From Elusimicrobiota bacterium (lineage in GTDB: Bacteria > Elusimicrobiota > Elusimicrobia > UBA1565): 54,789 nucleotides of DNA. Shown here in pieces: positions 10,135 to 19,830 of the stretch. The position numbers and the translations under genes are program-made. Position 1 is the stretch's first letter. Each line of letters begins with the position of its first letter. The notes beneath the pieces were generated by a model. That model was not told where the DNA came from and did no database searches. It saw only the letters and a program-made list of their open reading frames with translations. The stretch lies in NCBI GenBank assembly GCA_043819795.1, contig JBDREN010000209.1, forward strand, positions 1 through 54,789, read 5' to 3'.

Positions 10135-10389
10135 ATTTACTAAGATGTTACCAAATCTTTCTCAAGGAGGAACTTGGGATGAAGATCGCGTTCATGGGGT
10201 CGTGGAGCAATGTCTTCAAATAGAAAAATAAGTCCGTTTCCTCCATGGCAAGTTAGGCGGCCGTTTATTGCGGCCGCATCTGCATGTGGAGCCGGCGCGG
10301 CCCGGAGCCGGACGGGCCGCCGGGATTGAGGGCGCGATATCGCGGTGCGGGTTCGGCGGCAGGCGGCCGCTCCGGCTATGCCGGGGGGA

Positions 10390-12081
10390 TCACATCTTCT
10401 CGGGCTTCGAGACGCCGAGGAGGTCGAGGCCCTCGGCGATGAGGGCGCGCACGCCGGCGCAAAGCGTCAGGCGGGCCTTGCTGAGTGCGGGCGCCTCCGG
10501 GTCCAGCACGTGGCAGAGCTCGTAGAACTTGTGGTAGAGCCCGGCAAGCTCCAGGAGGTAGGTCGGCAAGGCGTTGGGCGATAGCTCGCGCTCGCAGGCC
10601 TCTAGGGCGTCGGGGAACCAGGCCAGCTTGAGGAGGATCGTCCGCTCGATCGGGTGCTCGAGCAGGGCGAGGTCCTCGCTCCACGGGGTTTCGGCGGCGG
10701 CTCCTCCCGTCACGAGCGGCGAGTCGCCGGGGAGCAGGCCCCGCTGCACGGCCTCGCGGAAGATCGAACAGATGCGCGCGTGCACGTACTGGACGTAGAA
10801 GACGGGGTTCTCGTTGGACTGCTTTTTGGCGAGCTCCAGGTCGAAGCTCATGTGGGAGTTCGGCGTGCGCAAGGCGAAGAAGAACCGGCAGGCGTCCAGG
10901 CCGGCCTCTTCGACGAGCTCGCGCAGCGTGATGAACTCGCCGGCCCGTTTGGACATCTTCACGACCTCTTTCCCGCGCATCAGATGCACGAGCTGGTGGA
11001 CGATCGCGTGGAAGGTCCCCCTGGGGTAGCCGAGCGCTTCGATCGCGGCCTTCATCCTCGGGACGTAGCCGTGGTGATCGGCGCCGAAGATGTCGATGAG
11101 CTCGGTGGAGCCGCGCTCGAGCTTGTCCTGGTGGTAGGCGATGTCGGCGAGGAAGTAGGTGGGTCTGCCGTCCGAGCGGACCAGCACCCGCTCCTTCTCC
11201 TCGTCCCCTCCTTCCTTGACGGCGCCGAGCCATACCGCGCCCTCCTTCTCGTGGACGCGGCCGAGCTTTTTGAGCTTGTCCAGGACCGCCTCCAGCGCCT
11301 GGCGCTCGTGGAGCTCGGACTCTCGGAACCAGCGGTCGAAGCGCACGCCGAAGAGGTCCATGTCGGAGCGATGGGATTCCAGCATCCTGGCCACCGCGAG
11401 GCGTCCGAAGTCGGCCGCCTCCCAGCCGGAAGCCTCGGCCGGAGCCGCCTTGGCGATCTCCACGATGTAGTCGCCCTGGTAGCCGCCCTCCGGGACCTGG
11501 GCATCCTTCCCATGGAGCTGGTCGTAGCGGGCCTTGACCGAGAGCCCGAGCAGCTCCACCTGCTTGCCGGCGTCGTTGAAGTAGTACTCGCTCAGCACCG
11601 TGTGGCCGCGGCGACGCAGGATGCGCGCGAGGACGTCGCCCAAAGTGGCGGCGCGCGCGGACGCCACATGGACGGGGCCGGTCGGGTTGGCCGACACGAA
11701 CTCGAGAAGGATGCGGCGCTTGGCGGCCTCCTCGGGAGCCGCCTCGCCGCGGCGCCCGGGCCCGGCCACAGTATCCGCGAGGTTGCGGGTCAGGGCCTCC
11801 CGTGTGAAGCGCAGATTGACGAAGCCGGGTTTGGCCGCTTCGGCCGACTCGATCGCCGGGAGCTCTCCGGCCAGGAGCGCCCCGGCTTCCCGGGCGATCT
11901 CCAGGGGATTGCGCTTGAGCGCCTTGGCGAGCGCGAGGGGCCAGGGCAGCGCGATGTCGATGTCCCGCACGTGCTCGGGGGCGGGCTTGAGGACGACCGG
12001 AGGCGGAGCCTCGATGCCTCGCTCCGCGGCCCATGCGCGCAGTCGCTTCTCGATGTCCGCTTTGAGGCGTTCGAGGATCAA
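10390..12081 (-). CDS. argS: Arginine--tRNA ligase
   Basis: EFVSANPTGPVH, GADHHGY, KMSKRAG, YVQYVHAR. Confidence 0.97.
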   Translation of the reverse strand: MILERLKADIEKRLRAWAAERGIEAPPPVVLKPAPEHVRDIDIALPWPLALAKALKRNPLEIAREAGALLAGELPAIESAEAAKPGFVNLRFTREALTRNLADTVAGPGRRGEAAPEEAAKRRILLEFVSANPTGPVHVASARAATLGDVLARILRRRGHTVLSEYYFNDAGKQVELLGLSVKARYDQLHGKDAQVPEGGYQGDYIVEIAKAAPAEASGWEAADFGRLAVARMLESHRSDMDLFGVRFDRWFRESELHERQALEAVLDKLKKLGRVHEKEGAVWLGAVKEGGDEEKERVLVRSDGRPTYFLADIAYHQDKLERGSTELIDIFGADHHGYVPRMKAAIEALGYPRGTFHAIVHQLVHLMRGKEVVKMSKRAGEFITLRELVEEAGLDACRFFFALRTPNSHMSFDLELAKKQSNENPVFYVQYVHARICSIFREAVQRGLLPGDSPLVTGGAAAETPWSEDLALLEHPIERTILLKLAWFPDALEACERELSPNALPTYLLELAGLYHKFYELCHVLDPEAPALSKARLTLCAGVRALIAEGLDLLGVSKPEKM

Positions 12082-13151
12082 GCGTGCTTCCTTATCGCGA
12101 GCAACTGGATGAGGTTGTGGGGATCGCGGGCCTTGGCCAGCGCCTCATCGCGGCTGACGACGCCGTTTTTCACGAGGTGGGCAAGGTGCTGGTCCATCGT
12201 GATCATGCCGGACCTCGCGCTGGACTCGATCACGCCGTGGAGCATGTGGATCTTCCCCTGGCGGATGAGGTTGCGCACCGCCGGAGTCGCCACCATGACC
12301 TCGCGCGCGCATACGCGGCCCTTGCCGTCCAGGCGCGGGAGCAGCGTCTGGCTGACGACGGCCTTCAGCACCATCGAGAGCTGGACGCGGGCCTGCTGCT
12401 GCTGCTCCGGGGCGTAGACGTCGACTATGCGGTCGATCGAGGTGGGGGCGTCCTGGGTGTGGAGCGTGGCGAAGCATAGGTGGCCGGTCTCGGCGGCGGT
12501 CATCGCCAGCGAGATCGTCTCGAGGTCCCGCATCTCGCCGATCATGATGACGTCGGGGTCCTGGCGCATGGCGTGGCGCAGGGCCTCCGCGAACGACTTC
12601 GTGTGCTGGCCGACCTCGCGCTGTATGACGATGGACTTGGCGTCCCTGTGGACGAACTCTATCGGGTCCTCGACCGTGAGCACGGTCTTGCGCTGCGCGG
12701 CGTTGATGGCCTGGACGAGGCTGGCCATCGTCGTGCTCTTGCCCGAGTTGGTCGGCCCGGTCACCAGGACGAACCCGCGCGCCTCACGGGTCGTGCGGAT
12801 GACCGCCGGCGGCAGGCCGATCTGCTCCGGAGTCGGGATCTTCGAGGGGATGACGCGCAGGACGGCCCCGAGGCCCTTGCGCTGCCTGTAGACGTTGACG
12901 CGGAAGCGGGAGACGTCCGGGACGTTCAGCGAGCAGTCGAGCTCCCAGGCGTCCTCGAAACGCGTGCGCTGGTACTCGTAGAGCACCGAGTAGATCAGCC
13001 GCCGGCTCTCGTCCCGGGTGACCGTCTGGGCTCCGTCCAGAGGGACGATCTCGCCGCCGACGCGGATCAGCGGCGGCCTGCCGACGACGAGGTGCACGTC
13101 GCTGGCGCCCTTCGCGACGGCGGCCTTCAGGATGTCCAGCAGCTTAAGCAC
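12078..13151 (-). CDS. pilT: Type IV pilus retraction ATPase (PilT/PilU family), second copy
   Basis: ASDVHL, GPTNSGKST, TVEDPIEF, DPDVIMIGEMRD, AETGHL..TLH, AVRNLIRQ. Confidence 0.92.
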   Translation of the reverse strand: MLKLLDILKAAVAKGASDVHLVVGRPPLIRVGGEIVPLDGAQTVTRDESRRLIYSVLYEYQRTRFEDAWELDCSLNVPDVSRFRVNVYRQRKGLGAVLRVIPSKIPTPEQIGLPPAVIRTTREARGFVLVTGPTNSGKSTTMASLVQAINAAQRKTVLTVEDPIEFVHRDAKSIVIQREVGQHTKSFAEALRHAMRQDPDVIMIGEMRDLETISLAMTAAETGHLCFATLHTQDAPTSIDRIVDVYAPEQQQQARVQLSMVLKAVVSQTLLPRLDGKGRVCAREVMVATPAVRNLIRQGKIHMLHGVIESSARSGMITMDQHLAHLVKNGVVSRDEALAKARDPHNLIQLLAIRKHA

Positions 13152-13620
13152 GCTTCTTGCGCGGGCGCGTCTTGCCGCCTGCCTTCCGGGCCTGCGTCCT
13201 GCCGGCGGCCTTCCGGGGCTTCCCCACCCTGGCCTTCCCCGTCTTGTGGTTCCAGCGGACCTTCTTGGCTTTGTGGAAGACCTTGTCGAGCGCGTAGAGC
13301 TCGCGGGCGCTCGGGTGCATGAGGTGCACCAAGAGCCCCCCGTAGTCGAGCACGCGCCAGATCCCGCTGCGGCGGCCGTCGCGGTGCTGGGCGAGCATTC
13401 CCTCGTCCTTGAGGGTCTTGCGGACGCTCTCCTCGACGGCCTCCAGGTGGTTCGCGGAGGTCACGCTGACGATCAGCGTGTAGTCGGCCAGGGCGCTGAC
13501 CGGCCGCGTATGGAGGAGGGCGATGTCGTCCCCTTTCTTCTCGTCCGCGGCCCGCGCCGCGGCCGCGGCCAGGCGCTTGTAGAGCTTGCCCTGCTGCTGT
13601 GGAGACGGGCCGCCCGGCAT
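13144..13620 (-). CDS. rsfS: Ribosome silencing factor RsfS
   Basis: ADEKKGDDI, ADYTLIVS, WRVLDYGGLLVHLM, RELYALDKVF. Confidence 0.9.
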   Translation of the reverse strand: MPGGPSPQQQGKLYKRLAAAAARAADEKKGDDIALLHTRPVSALADYTLIVSVTSANHLEAVEESVRKTLKDEGMLAQHRDGRRSGIWRVLDYGGLLVHLMHPSARELYALDKVFHKAKKVRWNHKTGKARVGKPRKAAGRTQARKAGGKTRPRKKRA

Positions 13621-14531
13621 CAGATGCTGGCCTGGGTGTTCGTCTTGAGCCGCGACCGGAGCTCCTCTTCGGTGCGGTGGCCGATGTTCTCGAGCGCCGA
13701 GGTAATCAGGCGCGCGGTGGTGGTCAGCGTGCGCGCGAACTCGTTCTGCTGCTCGGGGTTGAGGGGTCTCGAGCGGTGGAAGACGATAAAGCCCATGACC
13801 CGCTTCTTGCCCGGGAAGATGACCTGGTAGGTGCTGTCGTCGAGCCAGGAGTTGGTCTCTGGGGACTCGGAGACCTCGAGCTTGCCCTTGACGGATTCGT
13901 AGTCCCGCTCGATGTCGACGAGGTCCATCTCCTCGTTGAACTCGTTGTAGACGTAGACCCCCGCGCACCAATCGTCCTCGAGGTACTGCATGAGGCGGTG
14001 CATGACCTTGTCGAGCAGGTCTTTCGGGCTCGCGCAGGGGTCGAGCAGGAGGTGGCTCAGGTCGAAGAGCAGGGTCAGCTCGTCGGTGGAGTTCCGCAGC
14101 CGGTGCGAGAGGGTCTTCACCAGGTGGGAGTAGAAGGCCGTCGCGGGGACCGGGTGCTCCTTGAGCCAGCCGTCGAGGTCGTGGCGGGTGAGCCGGAACA
14201 GCACTGACTCGCCCGAGGCGATCGCGTCGGCCGAGCGCGTCACCGATTCGACGAGCGCCATCTCGCCGAAGCAGTCTCCGGGACCGAGGATGGCCAGCTC
14301 CTTATAGTCGGCTCCGCCGCCCGTATGCGAGCGCAGCTTCTTGGCGATGCGGACGTTTCCGCCCGAGACGAAGTAGAGGCTGTCGTCCTTCGAGCCTTCC
14401 TCGAAGATCGTCTTCCCGTCGGGATAGGCCTCGGTCTTGAGGAGCGTGCCCAGCTCAACCAGGTCATCCTCGGGGATGCTGCTGAGCAGCTTCAGGGATT
14501 TTAGCAGCTGGAGTCTGTTCTCTTCGGTCAT
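13620..14531 (-). CDS. Cyclic-nucleotide-binding domain protein with a GAF-like C-terminal region
   Basis: IFEEGSKDDSLYFVSGGNV, GDCFGEMAL, RSADAIA; no Crp HTH. Confidence 0.8.
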   Translation of the reverse strand: MTEENRLQLLKSLKLLSSIPEDDLVELGTLLKTEAYPDGKTIFEEGSKDDSLYFVSGGNVRIAKKLRSHTGGGADYKELAILGPGDCFGEMALVESVTRSADAIASGESVLFRLTRHDLDGWLKEHPVPATAFYSHLVKTLSHRLRNSTDELTLLFDLSHLLLDPCASPKDLLDKVMHRLMQYLEDDWCAGVYVYNEFNEEMDLVDIERDYESVKGKLEVSESPETNSWLDDSTYQVIFPGKKRVMGFIVFHRSRPLNPEQQNEFARTLTTTARLITSALENIGHRTEEELRSRLKTNTQASI

Positions 14532-15628
14532 GGCTTCACCCCATCACGGTGGCTTTCTGGGCCGCGACCTTCCGGCCGACGAGCATCTCGAAGGTCGGGA
14601 GGTTGTGCACGCGCTTGGCCGCCTCCTCGATGTCCACGAGGCCCTGCTTGACCAGCTGGGCCAGCGCCTGGTCCATCGGCACCATCCCGAACTTCGCCCC
14701 CCGTGTCGATCGCCCCGTAGATCATGTGCGTCTTGCCCTCGCGGATGAGGTTGCTGATGGCCGGGGTCGTCACCATGATCTCGCGCGCGGCCACGCGGCC
14801 GGACCCGTCGGAGCGTGGCAGGAGGATCTGGCTGACCACTCCCTGCAGGGTGACCGCCAGCTGGACGCGGATCTGCGTCTGCTGGTGCGGGGGGAAGACG
14901 TCGATGATGCGGTCGATCGTGGAGGGAGCGTCCTTGGTATGGAGCGTCCCGAAGCAGAGGTGGCCGGTTTCGGCCGCCGTGATCGCGAGCGCGATCGTCT
15001 CGAGGTCGCGCATCTCGCCGATGAGGATCACGTCGGGGTCCTGGCGCAGGGCGCCCTTGAGCGCGTTGCCGAAGCTCTTGGTGTTCTGGCCGACCTCGCG
15101 CTGGCGGATGATGGACTTTTTGGACTCGTAGACGAACTCGATCGGGTCCTCGACCGTGAGGATGTGGTCGGGCCGCGTCTGGTTGACGAGATCCATGATG
15201 GCGGCCAGGGTCGTCGATTTCCCGGAGCCGGTGGGCCCGGTCACAAGGACGAGGCCGCGCGGCAGCTTGGAGAAGTTGATGACGGACGGCCCCAGGCGCA
15301 GCTGCTCGGGCGTCGGGATCTTCGAGGAGATCACGCGCATGACGGCCTCGACGCCGTTCTTCTGGAGCAGGACGTTGACCCGGAAGCGGGCGAAGCCGCT
15401 GACCGCGAAGGAGCAGTCGAGCTCCCAGGTATCCTCGAAGCGGGCTCGCTGATCCTCGTAGAGGATCGAGTAGATGAGGCGTTTGGATTCGTCGGCGTTG
15501 ATCACCGGGAAGCCCGGGATCTCCTGTATCTCCCCGGATGAGCGCATCATGGGGGGCTTGCCGATGACCAAGTGGATATCGCTCGCTCCCGAACCGACGG
15601 CCTGTTTGAGGATCTCTACAAGTTCCAT
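14528..15628 (-). CDS. pilT: Type IV pilus retraction ATPase PilT (apparent +1 frameshift near the C-terminus; corrected stop at 14536)
   Basis: GPTGSGKST, EDPIEF, LRQDPDVILIGEMRD, AISNLIRE; the native-looking tail continues in another frame after a G6 run. Confidence 0.93.
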   Translation of the reverse strand: MELVEILKQAVGSGASDIHLVIGKPPMMRSSGEIQEIPGFPVINADESKRLIYSILYEDQRARFEDTWELDCSFAVSGFARFRVNVLLQKNGVEAVMRVISSKIPTPEQLRLGPSVINFSKLPRGLVLVTGPTGSGKSTTLAAIMDLVNQTRPDHILTVEDPIEFVYESKKSIIRQREVGQNTKSFGNALKGALRQDPDVILIGEMRDLETIALAITAAETGHLCFGTLHTKDAPSTIDRIIDVFPPHQQTQIRVQLAVTLQGVVSQILLPRSDGSGRVAAREIMVTTPAISNLIREGKTHMIYGAIDTGGEVRDGADGPGAGPAGQAGPRGHRGGGQARAQPPDLRDARRPEGRGPESHRDGVKP

Positions 15629-15640
15629 GCTTACCTCCAG

Positions 15641-16726
15641 CTATTCTTCGCGCAGTTGGCTGCAGCGGGCGTAGTCGCCTCCTATCAGCACCATGACCGA
15701 GGCCCGCGGGCGCTCCTCCATCGCGGTGAGCACCTCGCTGTCGGGGCAGCCCAGCGCGGCGATGACGGCGCGCGTTCCGTCGGGCCGCCCCACCCGGTCC
15801 ATGAAGCGCGTGGTCCGTTCCCGGACGCGCGCGTCCCCGAAATGGACGACATCGAACCCCTTCCATCTTAATACTTTTGTGGCTTTGAAAGCGACCCCGG
15901 CCGTCCCCATGGCGTTGAGCACCTCGACAGTGACCGGCCCGTCGGTCTCGGGGAGCCCGGCCGCGTGGGAGAAGACCGCTTTAAGGAAGGGGGAGATCAG
16001 CTCCGGGCCCGGCATGCGGCCGAGGTGCACGCGCTCGGGGTCGAGCCGCTGGTACCGCGTCGCCAGCAGGAAAGCGTCGTAGGGCTTCAGGCCGGCGATG
16101 TCGTTGCCGAGGATCCCGCGCGCCGCGGCCGGAAAGCGCGGCCAGAATAGCGGGTCCTTGGCCCAGGCGACGAGGCGCCGCTTCATCTCGTCAGGGAAAG
16201 CCGGGCGCGCGTCGGCCGGAAGCTCGAGTTCCAGCCAGAACGCGGGGGGCCGCCGCCGCGGCCACGAGGCGTCGGCGCGCAGCAGCGCGAGCGCCGCGCC
16301 GGCCATGGCGCGCGACGCCCCCGGGATCAGGCCGTCGGTGGCGTATTCCTCGCCGTACACGTCGGCCAAGGTCCGGCCCCGCTTGCGCCCCGTGGACTCC
16401 CGGGCCACGGGAGTCGACGCGGGGATCACAACCAGATCGAGCGTGTTCTCGGCCGGGCCGTGGACGAGCAGGTAGAGGGCCGGGGGGACGACGCGTCCCT
16501 GCCCCTTGAAGCGCACCGAGAGCAGGCCGGCGATCGGCTCGTTTAGCCGCAGCGCGCCGGCCACCGGGGAGGCGCGGTCGCGCCAGACGGCCAGGGCGAG
16601 GGCGAGCAGCACGCATGCCCCGAGGATGCGGCTGGTCCAGGCATGGCGCGGGCAACTCGCCCCGGGCTCCCTAAAGGAAGCCGGAGGGCGGGCCCGCGTG
16701 TCCCCATCCGCGTGTCGCGTGGTCAT
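15641..16726 (-). CDS. Membrane protein with LytR C-terminal domain (degenerate LCP family)
   Basis: N-terminal TM; VEVLNAMGTAGVAFKATKVLRWKGFDVVHFGDA...VLIGGDY; usual position between yqeK and rsfS. Confidence 0.75.
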   Translation of the reverse strand: MTTRHADGDTRARPPASFREPGASCPRHAWTSRILGACVLLALALAVWRDRASPVAGALRLNEPIAGLLSVRFKGQGRVVPPALYLLVHGPAENTLDLVVIPASTPVARESTGRKRGRTLADVYGEEYATDGLIPGASRAMAGAALALLRADASWPRRRPPAFWLELELPADARPAFPDEMKRRLVAWAKDPLFWPRFPAAARGILGNDIAGLKPYDAFLLATRYQRLDPERVHLGRMPGPELISPFLKAVFSHAAGLPETDGPVTVEVLNAMGTAGVAFKATKVLRWKGFDVVHFGDARVRERTTRFMDRVGRPDGTRAVIAALGCPDSEVLTAMEERPRASVMVLIGGDYARCSQLREE

Positions 16727-17874
16727 GTCCCGTCCACGATGCGGTTCCAGACGGTCACCCCCGTCGGGTGCAGCCACTGGCCGCTCTTGAGCACGTACTC
16801 GAGCTTCATGCGGACCGCCTCGCGGTACCCTTCGTCGAGATCCCGCCGCGCCGCGCGCCGGATCCTTCCCGCCTCCGGAAAATCCCGGTCGGCGGAGCAG
16901 GCGTCGGCGGTGTAAAGCAGCCTGTCGAGCGGCGACATGTCCTTGTCGCCGAGCGTATGCTTGCGGATCGCGCTGAGCACCCCGGAATCCGCGGCTCCGT
17001 AGCGGCGGCGGGCGAGGTCCGCGCTCACGGCGGCGTGAAGGAGGCTCGGGTCGCGCCGGGCGGCCGCGTCGCGGTGGGGGACCCGGAGGCCGCGGGCTTT
17101 CGCGTAGGCCAGCATGCGGCTCATGGGGACGATCCGTCCGCAGTCGTGCAGCAGCGCGGCGTAGGCCGCGCGCTCGGCGTCGAGCCCGTGACGCAGCGCC
17201 AGATCGATCGCGGACCGGGCCACGCAGACCGTATGGTGATACCGCTCGCGGCCCAGCTCGCGCGAAAGGCGCGCCTGGAGATCGAGGCCGTAGAGCTTGC
17301 GCCTGCGGATGTGGCCCAGCACGAGCCGCCCAACCGCGGAGGCGACATCCTCGCCGGCCAGCAGGCGGCAGCGCACCTCCGTGGAGGAGATGTCGGGGAA
17401 AGAGCCGGGCAGAATGCCGAGCCGCGGCAAACCGCGGCCCCGCGGGTGAGCTCGCGCTCCGGACCTTCGGCCGATGAGGAACCCGCAGGCCGCCCGCAGC
17501 TCGGCGGGCCGTTTCCACGCCTCGAAGTCCTCGAGCGCGTCGCCGCCGGCCAGGAAATGGAATTCCGCGCCGGGATGGCGCAGGCGCAGATGGCGCAGGG
17601 TTTGGTAGGTGTAGGTCGTGCGGCCGCGGCGGACCTCGAAGTCCTCGACGGCCACGCCGCGCCGGCGGCCGGCCGGGATGCTCTCCTCGAGCGCGAGGCG
17701 CGTCATCCGTAGCCGGTCCGCGGCCGGCGCCCGCGCTCCGGGCTTGAGCGGGGAGCGGTAGGCCGGAACGATGTACGTCCGTTCGGGCCGCAGATGGCGC
17801 AGAGCGGCGGCGAGCATCCGCATGTGCCCGCGGTGGGGCGGGTCGAAGCTTCCCCCGAATACCAGCGCCTTCAT
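16723..17874 (-). CDS. nadD: Nicotinate-nucleotide adenylyltransferase fused to a YqeK HD-domain Ap4A hydrolase
   Basis: FGGSFDPPHRGH, DISSTEVR; then RYHHTVCV, ALLHDCG, LLHAAVSA, IRKHT, LYTAD. Confidence 0.92.
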   Translation of the reverse strand: MKALVFGGSFDPPHRGHMRMLAAALRHLRPERTYIVPAYRSPLKPGARAPAADRLRMTRLALEESIPAGRRRGVAVEDFEVRRGRTTYTYQTLRHLRLRHPGAEFHFLAGGDALEDFEAWKRPAELRAACGFLIGRRSGARAHPRGRGLPRLGILPGSFPDISSTEVRCRLLAGEDVASAVGRLVLGHIRRRKLYGLDLQARLSRELGRERYHHTVCVARSAIDLALRHGLDAERAAYAALLHDCGRIVPMSRMLAYAKARGLRVPHRDAAARRDPSLLHAAVSADLARRRYGAADSGVLSAIRKHTLGDKDMSPLDRLLYTADACSADRDFPEAGRIRRAARRDLDEGYREAVRMKLEYVLKSGQWLHPTGVTVWNRIVDGT

Positions 17875-17920
17875 GCCGCGATTATAGCAACCCTTGAGGA
17901 TGGAACGGGGAGGGGGCGCG

Positions 17921-18472
17921 TCAGCCGTCGCGTATGAAGCAGTAGTTGAACTCGGCGTCGTCGATGTTGGCGTCGCTGCCTTGGGATATCGCCTTCATCT
18001 CGCCGAATATCTCCTGGAGCTTGTCCCTGGCCGCCTGGGTCTCGAGCCTGTTGACCGAGAAGCACCATTGCCTCCCGCCCATATGCGTCGAGTCCCATCC
18101 GTAGAAATACTTTAGATCGGAGTTGTCCGTGCAGCCGGTGTTGCCGTCCAGGGGATCCGCGATGATGTCCCGGTAGTAGTCGCCAAGCTCCAGGTCGTCG
18201 CGGAGGTCGCTGGGGCATTTCGGGCTGATGTGGACCCCGGTTGCGTCCCCTTCGCCGGCGTAGTCGTCATTCTCGGCGCGATACATCTCCATGACCTTCA
18301 TGAAGTTCCGCACGTCGGCGAGCCGCTTGGCGTCGCGCGCCGTCTTGCGGAACTCCACGAACTTCGGAACGATCACGGACGTCAGGATGCCGATGATCGT
18401 GATAACGATCATCATCTCGATCAGGGTGAATCCCCTCGGGCGCTTCCGGCTGGGAACCGGGCGTCTGTGCAT
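17921..18472 (-). CDS. Type IV pilin / GspG-like pseudopilin
   Basis: Prepilin cleavage motif RG|FTLIEMMIVITIIGIL; ARDAKRLAD; DP motif; paired Cys. Confidence 0.88.
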   Translation of the reverse strand: MHRRPVPSRKRPRGFTLIEMMIVITIIGILTSVIVPKFVEFRKTARDAKRLADVRNFMKVMEMYRAENDDYAGEGDATGVHISPKCPSDLRDDLELGDYYRDIIADPLDGNTGCTDNSDLKYFYGWDSTHMGGRQWCFSVNRLETQAARDKLQEIFGEMKAISQGSDANIDDAEFNYCFIRDG

Positions 18473-18723
18473 GCCGAGCGGATGGTAACAGTTTCGCGTA
18501 GAGAAAGTCACCTCGATCATCCCATCAGAGAACCCGCCGTGCGTCGCGGGAGTCTTGTCCGGCCGGGGAAAGATAAACGTTTCCGGGCGCTTTTTGCGGC
18601 GCAGCCCGGGTCCCCGCGGACCTGCTCGGCGTGCTGGCTATAGGATAACGCGCCGGTGTTTCACGCGCAAGACCCATTATCTCGGCGCGAGCGAGGGCCC
18701 TCGGATCCGGCGAGGAGGCCGTC

Positions 18724-19830
18724 TTAGGGCCGGCCGAGGGCGGGCAAGGTCGGGCCCAGCCCGAGGTCGGGCTCCGAGGCGCGGCTTCCGGGGCCGGGAT
18801 CCAGCCCGCGCGCGGCCTCATGGTCCTCTCGGGCCTTGAGCCGCTTGCCCGTGGACTCGTATAGTCTGGCGCGGACCGTCCGGTAGTACGCCTCTTTTGG
18901 GGCCAGCTCGACGGCCCGGGACACGTCGCGCATGCCTTTTGAGACGCGTCCACGGTTGACCTCCAGCACCCCGCGGTTGAAGTGCCAGTTGGCGAGTTGA
19001 GCCGGCTGTTTCTTGTCCAGGCCTTCCCGCTCGGCCAGCAGGATGGCCTTGGAGAACTTCTCGATGGCCCGTTTCGGCCGGGCCATGTTCGAGTAGGCGG
19101 CCGCCTGCAATGCGTGGCCTTCGGCATGGTCCGGCGCCGCGGCGATCATCTTCCCGGCTTCCGTCGCGGCTCGCGAGTAGTCCTTCATCGCCAGATATAT
19201 CCGGGCGATGCCGTAGTGGCCGTCCGTGGCCTTCGGATCGAGGCCGGCGAGCGCGCGGTAGTCGGCGAGCGCTTCCTCATATCTCTTGGAGAGCTCATAG
19301 CTCCGGGCGCGGATGCCCAGAGCGGCCTTCTTGGCATCGGAAGCGTTCGCTTCGGGCACCGGCTCCTGGAGCGCCTGGGTGGCGAAGCGTACGGCTTCGC
19401 CCGTGTCGCCGCGGTTATGCGCCTTCCAGGCCAGGGTTATGTAGGTCTGGAAGTTCCCTCCCGCCGGGGCCGTGGTCTCCTGCCGGGCGCCCGGGACGCG
19501 TTTGCCGGCGCCGGCCTGAGGTCCGCCCGCCAGGCTTTTCAGCCGCGCCTGGAACTCGGGGGATTCGAGCAGGCCGCCCAGGTGCCGGACGGCGAAGAAG
19601 CCGCCGCCAAGCAGGAGCAGGGCGCAGGCCGGCAGGACCCACTTGACCGGACCGCCGCGCTTGGCTGGCTCCGGGGGGGCAGGCGGCCGCCGCGCGGCGC
19701 CCGCTTCCCGCAGCGCCTGGTCTATCCCCTTGCGCGGGACACCCGCCTTGAGGAGCGCCCCGCGGATCTGCTCCTCGCTGAACCGTCCGTAGTGCCTCTG
19801 GACGTATTCGAGTATCTCCCGGTAGATCAT
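18724..19830 (-). CDS. Single-pass membrane TPR-repeat protein
   Basis: TM WVLPACALLLLGGGFF, then several TPR-like helical repeats (YEEALADY..ALAGLDP, AVELAPKEA). Confidence 0.8.
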   Translation of the reverse strand: MIYREILEYVQRHYGRFSEEQIRGALLKAGVPRKGIDQALREAGAARRPPAPPEPAKRGGPVKWVLPACALLLLGGGFFAVRHLGGLLESPEFQARLKSLAGGPQAGAGKRVPGARQETTAPAGGNFQTYITLAWKAHNRGDTGEAVRFATQALQEPVPEANASDAKKAALGIRARSYELSKRYEEALADYRALAGLDPKATDGHYGIARIYLAMKDYSRAATEAGKMIAAAPDHAEGHALQAAAYSNMARPKRAIEKFSKAILLAEREGLDKKQPAQLANWHFNRGVLEVNRGRVSKGMRDVSRAVELAPKEAYYRTVRARLYESTGKRLKAREDHEAARGLDPGPGSRASEPDLGLGPTLPALGRP

